Positions 1 through 7,171 of a stretch of DNA of 64,000 nt are shown here, piece by piece. A program made the position numbers and the translations under genes. The notes under the pieces were generated by a model. The model was not told the origin of the DNA and made no database searches. It saw nothing but the letters and a program-made list of their open reading frames with translations. Every line of letters begins with the position of its first letter. Positions within the stretch are counted from its first letter, which is position 1. The stretch spans positions 1-64,000 of the IMG/VR virus record IMGVR_UViG_3300017917_001123; one strand, 5' to 3'.

Positions 1-212
1 AATCTCAGTGTACACCTGGGAAATGCACAGTCAATGGGTCCTCTGTCTAGCTAGCACGGCCAATACTGTTGATGTCAGGAGGTTATGGGTCATGCCTGTG
101 ACTTCCGTAACGAAAGTAGAATAAGCTGTGGCCACAGCCTCTATATAAGTTGACACGTTAAAAGCAAACGGCAATAGGGTTATTGTTGTCCATAACGAAA
201 CGATACAACTAA
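1..212 (+). ncRNA. ORF-free structured RNA upstream of tRNA-Gly (5' end probably cut by window edge)
   Basis: Hairpins with G-U pairs: GGAGGTTATGGGT/GCCTGTGACTTCC, GCTGTGGCCACAGC, ACGGCAATA/TATTGTTGT; no credible ORF. Confidence 0.5.
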
Positions 213-220
213 AAGAATAT

Positions 221-294
221 GCGGGGTTCGTATAGTGGTAATACCTCAGCCTTCCAAGCTGATGCGGAGAGTTCGATTCTCTTACCCCGCTCCA
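221..294 (+). tRNA. tRNA-Gly (TCC)
   Basis: Cloverleaf; anticodon arm TCAGC-CT-TCC-AA-GCTGA; T loop TTCGATT; encoded CCA. Confidence 0.96.
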
Positions 295-384
295 GAGCAT
301 TCTCGGGCAGGCTAGTCCTGTGGGAATCAAGGCCGGCCAGGGGGCGCGGCGCCAAGCACGAAAAAGGCCTTGGCCAACATGCTC
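295..384 (+). ncRNA. GC-rich ~90-nt structured RNA between tRNAs
   Basis: Terminal stem GAGCAT/ATGCTC, hairpin GCAGG/CCTGT, stem CAAGGCC/GGCCTTG. Confidence 0.55.
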
Positions 385-396
385 CCTACGATTTAT

Positions 397-473
397 TGGC
401 TAGTAGCTCAGTTGGTAGTAGCATTTGACTGTTAATCAAAGGGTCGCTGGTTCGAGCCCAGCCTAGCCAGCCA
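397..473 (+). tRNA. tRNA-Asn (GTT)
   Basis: Acceptor TGGCTAG/CTAGCCA; anticodon TTTGA-CT-GTT-AA-TCAAA; T loop TTCGAGC; CCA. Confidence 0.96.
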
Positions 474-505
474 ATTTCAACAATTTTTTAAGTGGGTAGA
501 TAAAT

Positions 506-964
506 ATGAGTATGCTAAAGTTTATCACAGATATTACTGATCCACTGTTGAAATTCATTAAGGATGATCCAGTGCGTCCTGAAATTCCTGTAGACTTTAG
601 AGTTAGCCCTAACCGCTTTGTTAGCGGCCTAATCGAAGGTGAAGATCCGCAAGCTATGGTATGTGTTAGCTTGTGCGACAATGTCCCAAGTTCAGTAACA
701 GAGCTTGCTCAAGAAGCAATGGCTCCTACTACTGCTATTTTTTACACTATCTGGAGTTATGCTCCTGGCGCAGGCCGCGAGCTTCTAGAAGAAACTGTAA
801 AAGAAATCCAGGCAAAGTTTCCTAACGTAACTCGTTTTGTTACACTCAGTCCTAAAACTGAAATGGCACGCCGCTTTCATTTGAAGAACGGTGCTGTTGT
901 TTTCCGTGAAAATGACGAAAGTGTGAACTACGAATACGAAGTATTAAAGACTGACGCCGCTTAA
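506..964 (+). CDS. GNAT-fold protein resembling malonyl-CoA decarboxylase C-terminal domain
   Basis: TAIFYTIWS...GAGRELL...FVTLSP resembles MCD motifs; TAAATA directly before ATG. Confidence 0.55.
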   Translation: MSMLKFITDITDPLLKFIKDDPVRPEIPVDFRVSPNRFVSGLIEGEDPQAMVCVSLCDNVPSSVTELAQEAMAPTTAIFYTIWSYAPGAGRELLEETVKEIQAKFPNVTRFVTLSPKTEMARRFHLKNGAVVFRENDESVNYEYEVLKTDAA

Positions 965-1582
965 ACTTTCCTTGTGCCCAATAAATCCACGTAGCATTAC
1001 GTTAAAACTCAGTGAGACTCGATTGTTTTCACTCTTGTTTTCACGGACTTCGTGACTCATAGGACTTAGCCACATCATAAGTTCCGAAGGGCCAGGATTA
1101 ACAAATACGGAGTTACGACTAATCATACCCATCGGGTGTTGCTTAGAATCGTCGGTGTTAGGAACAAATTGGAACTCGTAGGGATTATGAAAAACAATCG
1201 GGCTCTTCTCTGTTCCAAAAGGATAGTAGGTGCCCGATATGATTGAGTTTCGATGACTATGAATATGGTGGATCATTCCGGGAGGAGTTACATTGATCCA
1301 ACTTTGTAGCAACTCGCATTCTACATCAACATAGCAAAGAACTTCTTTAGCATAGTAATTGATATTTTCAAGTAACTGCTTTTTAAGATCTGCTAGTTCA
1401 GGACGTTCTAGAATTTCAATAGAGTTATGAATCAAGTTACCTTGGTTTGTTCTCAGTGGTTCTGTTTCAACAATTTTTAAGATAGCCTGATTAGACTGGT
1501 CGGTGTTATCTAGTTTGTGGCGGAATAATGGCCAAGCAAACAACGGAAAAATTCCAATATCTTGTGTATTCATAGTAGACAT
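944..1582 (-). CDS. 2OG-Fe(II) oxygenase-like protein
   Basis: SWIN..HxH..S.ISG.YY, later H and R.SLSFN motifs. Confidence 0.8.
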   Translation of the reverse strand: MSTMNTQDIGIFPLFAWPLFRHKLDNTDQSNQAILKIVETEPLRTNQGNLIHNSIEILERPELADLKKQLLENINYYAKEVLCYVDVECELLQSWINVTPPGMIHHIHSHRNSIISGTYYPFGTEKSPIVFHNPYEFQFVPNTDDSKQHPMGMISRNSVFVNPGPSELMMWLSPMSHEVRENKSENNRVSLSFNVMLRGFIGHKESLSGVSL

Positions 1583-1626
1583 ATTTAAGTATGTATGTTA
1601 TACTAGATAAAAAATTAGGAGAGCAG

Positions 1627-2511
1627 ATGATTATTGTAACAGGCGCAGGCGGTTTTATTGGTAGTGTCATGGTTGGTTATCTCAACAGCATTGGCATTAC
1701 TGATATTATTGCCGTTGACGATATGCCACATCCGGAACAATATAAGAACTTAGTTGGAAAGAAGTTTCAACTAATTTCTACAAGCGAAATGGAATCGTTG
1801 CTGTCGTACCAACCTGGAAAGATCCAAGGAGTAATCCATCTGGGAGCCAACAGTAATACATTAGCTAATGATTGGGCCAGTGTGTATAAGACTAATGTTC
1901 TAAGTACTCGACAGTGGGCAAACTTGGCAAGACGTGACCATATTCCTTTTGTGTTTGCAAGTTCTGCGGCTATCTACGGAAATGGAAACGGGCCTCTGAA
2001 TCAGTATGCGTTTAGTAAACAAGTAAGCGAAAGCGAACTAGATTGGGGTGTTGTAAATCTACGCTTCTTCAACGTATATGGTCCTAACGAATATCATAAA
2101 GGTCGAATGGCAAGTACTATCTATAACTGGCATAGCCAAATATTAGAAACAGGTAGTATTAAGATCTTTAAAGACAGTGACCAATACTATAGAGATTTTA
2201 TCTACGTTGAAGATGTGTGTCGTGCTTGCTGGCATTTCATTGAAAACTTCCAGCCCGGTACATACGATTTAGGCACAGGACGAAGTGAAAGTTTTGAGCG
2301 TGTTGCTCGTGAGTTGGTAAAACACTATGACGAAGAAGTCTACTTTGACTATATTCCAATGCCGGGAGATTTAGCCAAACAGTATCAAACAGATACAAAA
2401 GCAGACATAAAAGCATTGACAAAAGCAGGCTTTGACACTACAATATGTAGAACAGTTAGCGAAGGAATAGAAGATTACGTTCCCTTCCTAAAAGAAGGAC
2501 GGCGTCTTTGA
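1627..2511 (+). CDS. gmhD: ADP-L-glycero-D-manno-heptose 6-epimerase-like NAD-dependent epimerase
   Basis: MIIVTGAGGFIGS, ASSAAIYG, YAFSK, LRFFNVYGPNEYHKGRMAS; AGGAG RBS before ATG 1627. Confidence 0.88.
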   Translation: MIIVTGAGGFIGSVMVGYLNSIGITDIIAVDDMPHPEQYKNLVGKKFQLISTSEMESLLSYQPGKIQGVIHLGANSNTLANDWASVYKTNVLSTRQWANLARRDHIPFVFASSAAIYGNGNGPLNQYAFSKQVSESELDWGVVNLRFFNVYGPNEYHKGRMASTIYNWHSQILETGSIKIFKDSDQYYRDFIYVEDVCRACWHFIENFQPGTYDLGTGRSESFERVARELVKHYDEEVYFDYIPMPGDLAKQYQTDTKADIKALTKAGFDTTICRTVSEGIEDYVPFLKEGRRL

Positions 2512-2716
2512 ACAACCCGGGATCCCATACCCGTTAGGAAATGGGGGTGTAGGCGGCTACCAAAATCCGCCGGGTACGCTAGGACTCGACCTTCATTCCC
2601 TGTTGGGGGAGCGTGAAAACAGCCTAGGGTGAGGAACACTACCTTTCCAGAAGAATAAATGTGTGGACGGAGTAACTGCCCAGTCTAGGGCTTCTGTGGT
2701 GGAAGTAGCTAGACAC
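2512..2716 (+). ncRNA. Structured RNA module A (multi-hairpin, possible kissing loop)
   Basis: ACCCGG/CCGGGT, CTAGG/CCTAG, GTCTAG/CTAGAC stems; loop CACTA complementary to loop TGGTG. Confidence 0.55.
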
Positions 2717-2717
2717 T

Positions 2718-2824
2718 TTTAACGAGCAGATTGACGAGATTTTAACGCCACGGCAAGGGCAACATTATCAAGTCGGTTTGCCGACCGAGGGGCTCTATAA
2801 TTTCCCTTCAGTCTGCTCATTAAA
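2718..2824 (+). ncRNA. Structured RNA module B (~105-nt closed rod)
   Basis: GAGCAGATTGA(2724-34)/TCAGTCTGCTC(2808-18), internal GTCGG-TTTG-CCGAC. Confidence 0.6.
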
Positions 2825-2940
2825 GGTCTTTGAAGTTTGACTACACTGGAGAACGCGAGTTAGGTACTAAGTCGACTAACTACCGAAAGCGCCAGGAAGA
2901 TACGGAGTCAGACAGTTTGGTTCGAGTCCAACTAAGACCC
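2825..2940 (+). ncRNA. tRNA-mimic RNA (acceptor stem + T arm, no D arm, large insert)
   Basis: GGTCTT/AAGACC termini; TTGG-TTCGAGT-CCAA T arm; GTTTGACT/AGTCAGAC helix. Confidence 0.65.
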
Positions 2941-2948
2941 TCGATTTT

Positions 2949-2972
2949 GAAAACTTGTTTCGGCAAGTTTTC
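2949..2972 (+). other. 10-bp UUCG tetraloop hairpin separating RNA modules
   Basis: GAAAACTTGT-TTCG-GCAAGTTTTC. Confidence 0.75.
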
Positions 2973-3214
2973 CGGTAGGGTAGCGGAGATGAGGAATAGC
3001 ACACAAGTAATCGTCTTGAAAACGAATACTTGACTAAATGGCTTGATTAGCCTCCGTAACTCAGTGCTCCGGGACTATTAGCATAATAGCGTGTTCATTG
3101 TTCCCCGGCAATATTGAGTTCTCTGTTTGTTGTAGGTTGTAAGCAAAAGTTTAATCGCTGGAGCACTTGTATCTTGCATTTTGTCCAGCTATTCGCTTGC
3201 TGTCTATCTTACCG
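2973..3214 (+). ncRNA. Structured RNA module D (~240 nt, ends paired)
   Basis: CGGTAGGGTAG/CTATCTTACCG and GAATAGC/GCTATTC closing stems followed by TTTTT. Confidence 0.6.
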
Positions 3215-3273
3215 TTTTTATTTGAAATATAGGCAAAAGACTGTATAATTGTTTTTGAAAAGGAAAAGGCAAA

Positions 3274-3843
3274 ATGAAAGTAACTCTCCGCAAAGCATCC
3301 GCTCTCCAGAACGCAATCCAGGAAGCAATCCGCAACATTGAAGTTAAGCTGGCAATTCAGCTTAACGAATTCGAAGACCCTGCTGTGGTCCTCGACAAAG
3401 CAACCTCAGAGGCTGTCATCAACGACCAACGTCGTGCTAGCTTGACTGCTTGCTTGTACGACATCCGTAGTTTGGTCGGAACTGCCAATGCCGCAAGTGG
3501 CATTAACGACCGCTTGGCAAAGGCCGCTTACATCGATAAGCGTTTGGGACAATTGGCCGGAATGGTCAAGGACGAAGTTCTCCGTGAGAACGTTTCCGTC
3601 ATCCAAGGCAAGCTAGAAAAGCTTCGTACCGCAGAGCCAAAGACTCGCATCTACGGATACGGCGACACAGTAGCTTCCGGCGTTCTTGTTGCCGAGCATG
3701 TTGCCAAGTATAAGGCAGATGTGCTTGAACTTAAGAAGGCCAAGCAAAAGCTCAACGACGAGATTCTTGAGCTTAACGTTCGGACAGAAATCGATCTCCC
3801 AACAGAGGTTGAAATGGTCCTGAACCAAGAAGGCCTAGTGTAA
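3274..3843 (+). CDS. Hypothetical alpha-helical/coiled-coil protein
   Basis: 189-aa ORF, AAGG RBS, TATAAT at 3244. Confidence 0.8.
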   Translation: MKVTLRKASALQNAIQEAIRNIEVKLAIQLNEFEDPAVVLDKATSEAVINDQRRASLTACLYDIRSLVGTANAASGINDRLAKAAYIDKRLGQLAGMVKDEVLRENVSVIQGKLEKLRTAEPKTRIYGYGDTVASGVLVAEHVAKYKADVLELKKAKQKLNDEILELNVRTEIDLPTEVEMVLNQEGLV

Positions 3844-3857
3844 AAACTAGGGCATTT

Positions 3858-3891
3858 AAATACAAGGGAGCATCAGGCTCCCTTTATTTTT
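3858..3891 (+). terminator. Intrinsic terminator-like hairpin
   Basis: AAGGGAGC-ATCAG-GCTCCCTT + T-rich tail. Confidence 0.6.
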
Positions 3892-4488
3892 ATGTTAGAC
3901 AAAATATACGTTATCGACGATGTAATATCCAAAGGTTATCAAGACATGCTAGAGCATGAACTTCTTAACCAAAATGCTCCTTGGCATTTCCAGCGTGACA
4001 TTGCTTTAGATGTCAACGATCCAAAAGCTCAAAAGAATATTAACGGAATGACTCCGGGCTTTAGCCATATCTTTTTTGATGTTGATAGCGGAGGTATTCG
4101 TAGTCCACTGTACTACCTAACTCTGCCTCTGATGTTTGAAGCGTTTGGAAAAATTGGTGTTACTCCTAAAATGATTGTACAAGGACGCAGTTTTATGCAT
4201 GTTCCTTTAGCAAACAAAAAAGAGTACGATAACATCCACGTAGACTACGGGCGAGATCATTTAGTATGCCTGTACTATGTAAACGACACAGACGGTGACA
4301 CTTTTATATTTGACAAGACATTCCGAGATGTCCGCCCGGACGCAGACTTTAGTAAAGTTCAGTGGAATGTTAAACAACGTATTAGTCCTAAGAAGGGCCG
4401 TGTTGTTTTATTCAATGGTAATCAATACCATTCAAGTTCTGGTCCAACTAAAGACATACGTTGTATTATTAACTACGATGTGTTATGA
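3892..4488 (+). CDS. 2OG-Fe(II) oxygenase
   Basis: HVD...LYYVNDTDGDT...PKKGRVVLF.G..YHSS...R.IIN. Confidence 0.85.
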   Translation: MLDKIYVIDDVISKGYQDMLEHELLNQNAPWHFQRDIALDVNDPKAQKNINGMTPGFSHIFFDVDSGGIRSPLYYLTLPLMFEAFGKIGVTPKMIVQGRSFMHVPLANKKEYDNIHVDYGRDHLVCLYYVNDTDGDTFIFDKTFRDVRPDADFSKVQWNVKQRISPKKGRVVLFNGNQYHSSSGPTKDIRCIINYDVL

Positions 4489-4658
4489 CAGAACAGAAAA
4501 AATCTAAAAACCCTTTTATCAATGCCGCATTGGCCGCAAAGGCCGCCGCAAGTGCTGGAGTGCCAAATTCTAGGACAGCACCGGTACAGCAGGCAAAATT
4601 TAAGAATCAAGTAAGCGGAAATAAGCCAGCCCAGAGATCAGCTGGCCGCGGACGTTAA
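4485..4658 (+). CDS. Small basic protein (57 aa, ends AGRGR)
   Basis: ATG overlaps upstream stop; hand-translated MTEQKKSKNPFINAALAAK... Confidence 0.6.
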   Translation: MTEQKKSKNPFINAALAAKAAASAGVPNSRTAPVQQAKFKNQVSGNKPAQRSAGRGR

Positions 4659-4659
4659 T

Positions 4660-4733
4660 GCTCCTGTAGTATAAAGGCAGTACACTTCCTTGGTAAGGAT
4701 GAGACGCTGGATCGTTACCAGCCTGGAGCACCA
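4660..4733 (+). tRNA. tRNA-Thr (GGT)
   Basis: Acceptor GCTCCTG/CTGGAGC, anticodon loop TT-GGT-AA, atypical T loop ATCGTTA, ACCA. Confidence 0.88.
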
Positions 4734-5354
4734 TTATAGCTTTTTAATAGCGATTATAATATCGTCTTCTCTACCTTCAGCAATCCGCTTGCCGTAATAG
4801 GTATCGATCTCAAATTTCTCACCAAGCCCGTGTAAATGATTTTCTAAATGCGGAATGAAGTTCTCGGCTGTTTGAGTATTCACTACGTCTTCAATAAAGT
4901 AGACGCCACCCCTGGCTAAACGTGGCCAGTAGTTTTGAAAGGTCTGCCATTGGCTATTTGCCCTATGGTCGCCATCGTCAATAATGAAGTCCATTGTTTC
5001 TTCGCCAAACTGTGCTGCCAATGCTGGATCAAAAGCACTACAATTCCAATATAAACTAATTCGCTGGTCTTGCTCAATTTCCTCTTGGAAAGGTCTTCTC
5101 ACGGCGTAACCTCCAGCAATATCAAAACTGTAGTAATCAAAATCAGTAAAGTACTTGCTCCAAAGATATGCGCTACCGCCAATGCTAATTCCAATTTCTA
5201 ACATACGAATTTCTTCTGTACGCTTTGGTTCGAAATATTTTTCATAGAATGGCAAATAGCTGTGTCCAGAATCTGCGCTCTTGTCGGTAAAATCTAAACT
5301 GGTTTCACCGTATTGTGCTTTAAGTTCTTCGTTGATTTCGTGTAATGTCTTCAT
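4734..5354 (-). CDS. Class I SAM-dependent methyltransferase
   Basis: LEIGISIGGS, DFIIDDGDH, GGVYFIED; start moved to ATG 5354 (TAAATA upstream; longer ORF overlaps a tRNA). Confidence 0.85.
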   Translation of the reverse strand: MKTLHEINEELKAQYGETSLDFTDKSADSGHSYLPFYEKYFEPKRTEEIRMLEIGISIGGSAYLWSKYFTDFDYYSFDIAGGYAVRRPFQEEIEQDQRISLYWNCSAFDPALAAQFGEETMDFIIDDGDHRANSQWQTFQNYWPRLARGGVYFIEDVVNTQTAENFIPHLENHLHGLGEKFEIDTYYGKRIAEGREDDIIIAIKKL

Positions 5355-5381
5355 GCGAATATTTACTGGAGAGTCTAATAC

Positions 5382-5410
5382 TTGATCTTTTTCTTGAGTT
5401 TTCGTATAAT
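5382..5410 (+). promoter_or_regulatory. sigma70-type promoter for aberrant tRNA
   Basis: TTGATC-17-TATAAT, 7 nt before tRNA. Confidence 0.65.
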
Positions 5411-5417
5411 TAACTAT

Positions 5418-5518
5418 GCGGCTGTGAGCAAATAGGCAAAGCTCTCCACCCTTTGGGTCGAGGTCGGACACTGACTTAGTCAACGTCTTTGGAGGTTCAA
5501 GCCCTCCCAGCCGTACCA
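5418..5518 (+). tRNA. Non-canonical type II (Leu-like body) tRNA, collapsed TTT anticodon loop
   Basis: GCGGCTG/CAGCCGT-A-CCA; Leu-like D loop; T arm GGAGG-TTCAAGC-CCTCC; loop CC-TTT-GG; ~30-nt variable arm. Confidence 0.75.
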
Positions 5519-5561
5519 AATTCTTGATTTATAGATTTTTATATCTGTAAATATCCGAGAC

Positions 5562-5637
5562 GCCCTAGTAGCTCAGTTGGTAGAGCAACTGATTTGTAAT
5601 CAGTAGGTCCGCGGTTCGAGTCCGTGCTGGGGCACCA
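5562..5637 (+). tRNA. tRNA-Thr (TGT)
   Basis: Canonical cloverleaf, ACTGA-TT-TGT-AA-TCAGT, ACCA. Confidence 0.96.
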
Positions 5638-5651
5638 AATTACGAGGTTAC

Positions 5652-6224
5652 ATGTTTAATTCTATTGAACAGGTTCGAGCCCATGTCGAACATCTAAAAA
5701 TAGCACCACCGTGGGAAATTAATGAACACCTAGCAACACTAGCAAGACTAGCCGGCGAATGCGAAACAATCTGCGAGTTTGGAGTAGCAACTGGTACTAG
5801 CACATGGGCATTTATGTCTACAGAACCTAAGTGGATGCGAAGCTATGATATTGCTCAATACCCAGAACTTCAGCTACTGATCGATACCGCAAAGAATCTA
5901 AACTGGGATTGGTCACTAACAATTCAAGATACTACGGACCCCGACTTTTATATTCCAGAATGTGACTTACTTTTTATTGATGCTATGCACAATGCCGACG
6001 CAGTTGGTAAAGAGCTTAAAAACGCACCGCGGGTTAAAAAGTACATTGTCTTCCATGATACTGAAAAGTACGGCGAACACGGCGGCGACGAAATGGCCGA
6101 AGTTCGTGAGCACATTCCTGGTATTATGGTAGCCATTCGTGCGTTCTTAGCAGAAAACACAAACTGGCGAATTAAAGAACAATACCAAAACAATCACGGT
6201 TTACTAGTAATTGAAAGATGCTAA
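5652..6224 (+). CDS. Class I SAM-dependent methyltransferase
   Basis: EFGVATGTST, DLLFIDAMH, YIVFHD. Confidence 0.82.
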   Translation: MFNSIEQVRAHVEHLKIAPPWEINEHLATLARLAGECETICEFGVATGTSTWAFMSTEPKWMRSYDIAQYPELQLLIDTAKNLNWDWSLTIQDTTDPDFYIPECDLLFIDAMHNADAVGKELKNAPRVKKYIVFHDTEKYGEHGGDEMAEVREHIPGIMVAIRAFLAENTNWRIKEQYQNNHGLLVIERC

Positions 6225-7075
6225 AAGATCTAACTATTGTAATCATTGATTCTCTAAATTACAATGCTACAAAGATTGCGCTAGATCAGACTCGTAAGAT
6301 ATTTCCTGATGCCAAGGTTTTAGTTATTAGCGATCAAAAGTTCTGCGACTGCGATACATTTGTTCAAGTAGAAAAATTTAACTCAATTGAGCACAGCAGA
6401 ATATGTCTACAAGAAGTTGCTAAACACGTAGATACTAATTGGACCTTGTTTGTTCAGTACGACGGTTTCCCAACTAATCCAGAACTATGGACTGACGAGT
6501 TTTTAGAATACGATTATATTGGATCACCTTTTAGAAAGCACGATAAATGGGTAGTAGGTAACGGCGGATTTAGTTTTAGAAGCAAACGCTTGTTAGAACT
6601 AACACACGACTGCCCGCAAATCGATGACGGTGATGTAGGAATGCTAGAAGACCAAGTTATCTCTTTTAGCAGTAGAGAATGGCTAGAATCGCAGGGAATA
6701 AAGTACGCACCGGTTGAATTAGCTAGAAGATTTTCTACTGGAGAAGAACTAGACGCTATTCCTTCTTTTGGGTTCCATGGTCATCACTTAGTTCCAAAAT
6801 ATCTGGGCAAAGATCTTACATACCAATGGATTGATTATGTTGATCTAGACTACTTGCTTTACTACAAAAACATCTACACATTTCCTTACTACATTTGGAA
6901 ATGGGGCGATGAAGTTAAACTTAGAGAATGGTTTATCCATGCTCACAAAGTAAACTACGGTTGGAATAAAAAATGCTTCAGCGAATGTACTTGGAGAATT
7001 CCGTTGCTGTTTCCGGAGCAGGACCTCTACGAGCTACAGAAAATGATTACAATTTACGGCTACACCGGGAATTAA
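6218..7075 (+). CDS. Glycosyltransferase-like protein (DUF5672-like)
   Basis: QYDG..YDYIG.P..VGNGGFSFRS..ED..FGFHG. Confidence 0.75.
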   Translation: MLKDLTIVIIDSLNYNATKIALDQTRKIFPDAKVLVISDQKFCDCDTFVQVEKFNSIEHSRICLQEVAKHVDTNWTLFVQYDGFPTNPELWTDEFLEYDYIGSPFRKHDKWVVGNGGFSFRSKRLLELTHDCPQIDDGDVGMLEDQVISFSSREWLESQGIKYAPVELARRFSTGEELDAIPSFGFHGHHLVPKYLGKDLTYQWIDYVDLDYLLYYKNIYTFPYYIWKWGDEVKLREWFIHAHKVNYGWNKKCFSECTWRIPLLFPEQDLYELQKMITIYGYTGN

Positions 7076-7149
7076 TCTTGTAATACAATACGCAAGGATT
7101 TATAATATATAAATACATTGTTAATGGTGCCAACAGGGCTGTTAACAAA

Positions 7150-7166
7150 CTTGCTTAATAAGGAGA
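7150..7166 (+). promoter_or_regulatory. ROSE-like RNA thermometer hairpin over dnaK SD
   Basis: CTTGCTT-AAT-AAGGAG, bulged G opposite SD. Confidence 0.55.
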
Positions 7167-7171
7167 AAAAT

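Noticed and set aside
66-150. Hammerhead ribozyme (CTGTTGA...CGAAA)
   Set aside because: Core deviates from CUGANGA and stem III is not followed by a correct UH site
295-390. Theta (HDV-like) ribozyme after tRNA-Gly
   Set aside because: Position fits, but there is no P3/L3 YCCYCG loop and no GG after the P1 3' strand; the nested double pseudoknot cannot be built
31-428. ORFs 31-330(-) and 219-428(+)
   Set aside because: Overlap tRNA genes; spurious
2844-2897. Glycine riboswitch (GGAGA...CCGAA)
   Set aside because: Lacks the P3 and CUCUCAGG elements and is not in a gene leader
2830-3033. 67-aa ORF in the RNA island
   Set aside because: TTG start, no RBS, crosses structured RNA modules
5355-5519. 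N-terminal extension of the minus-strand methyltransferase ORF
   Set aside because: Antisense to the tRNA-like gene; ATG 5354 is the more plausible start
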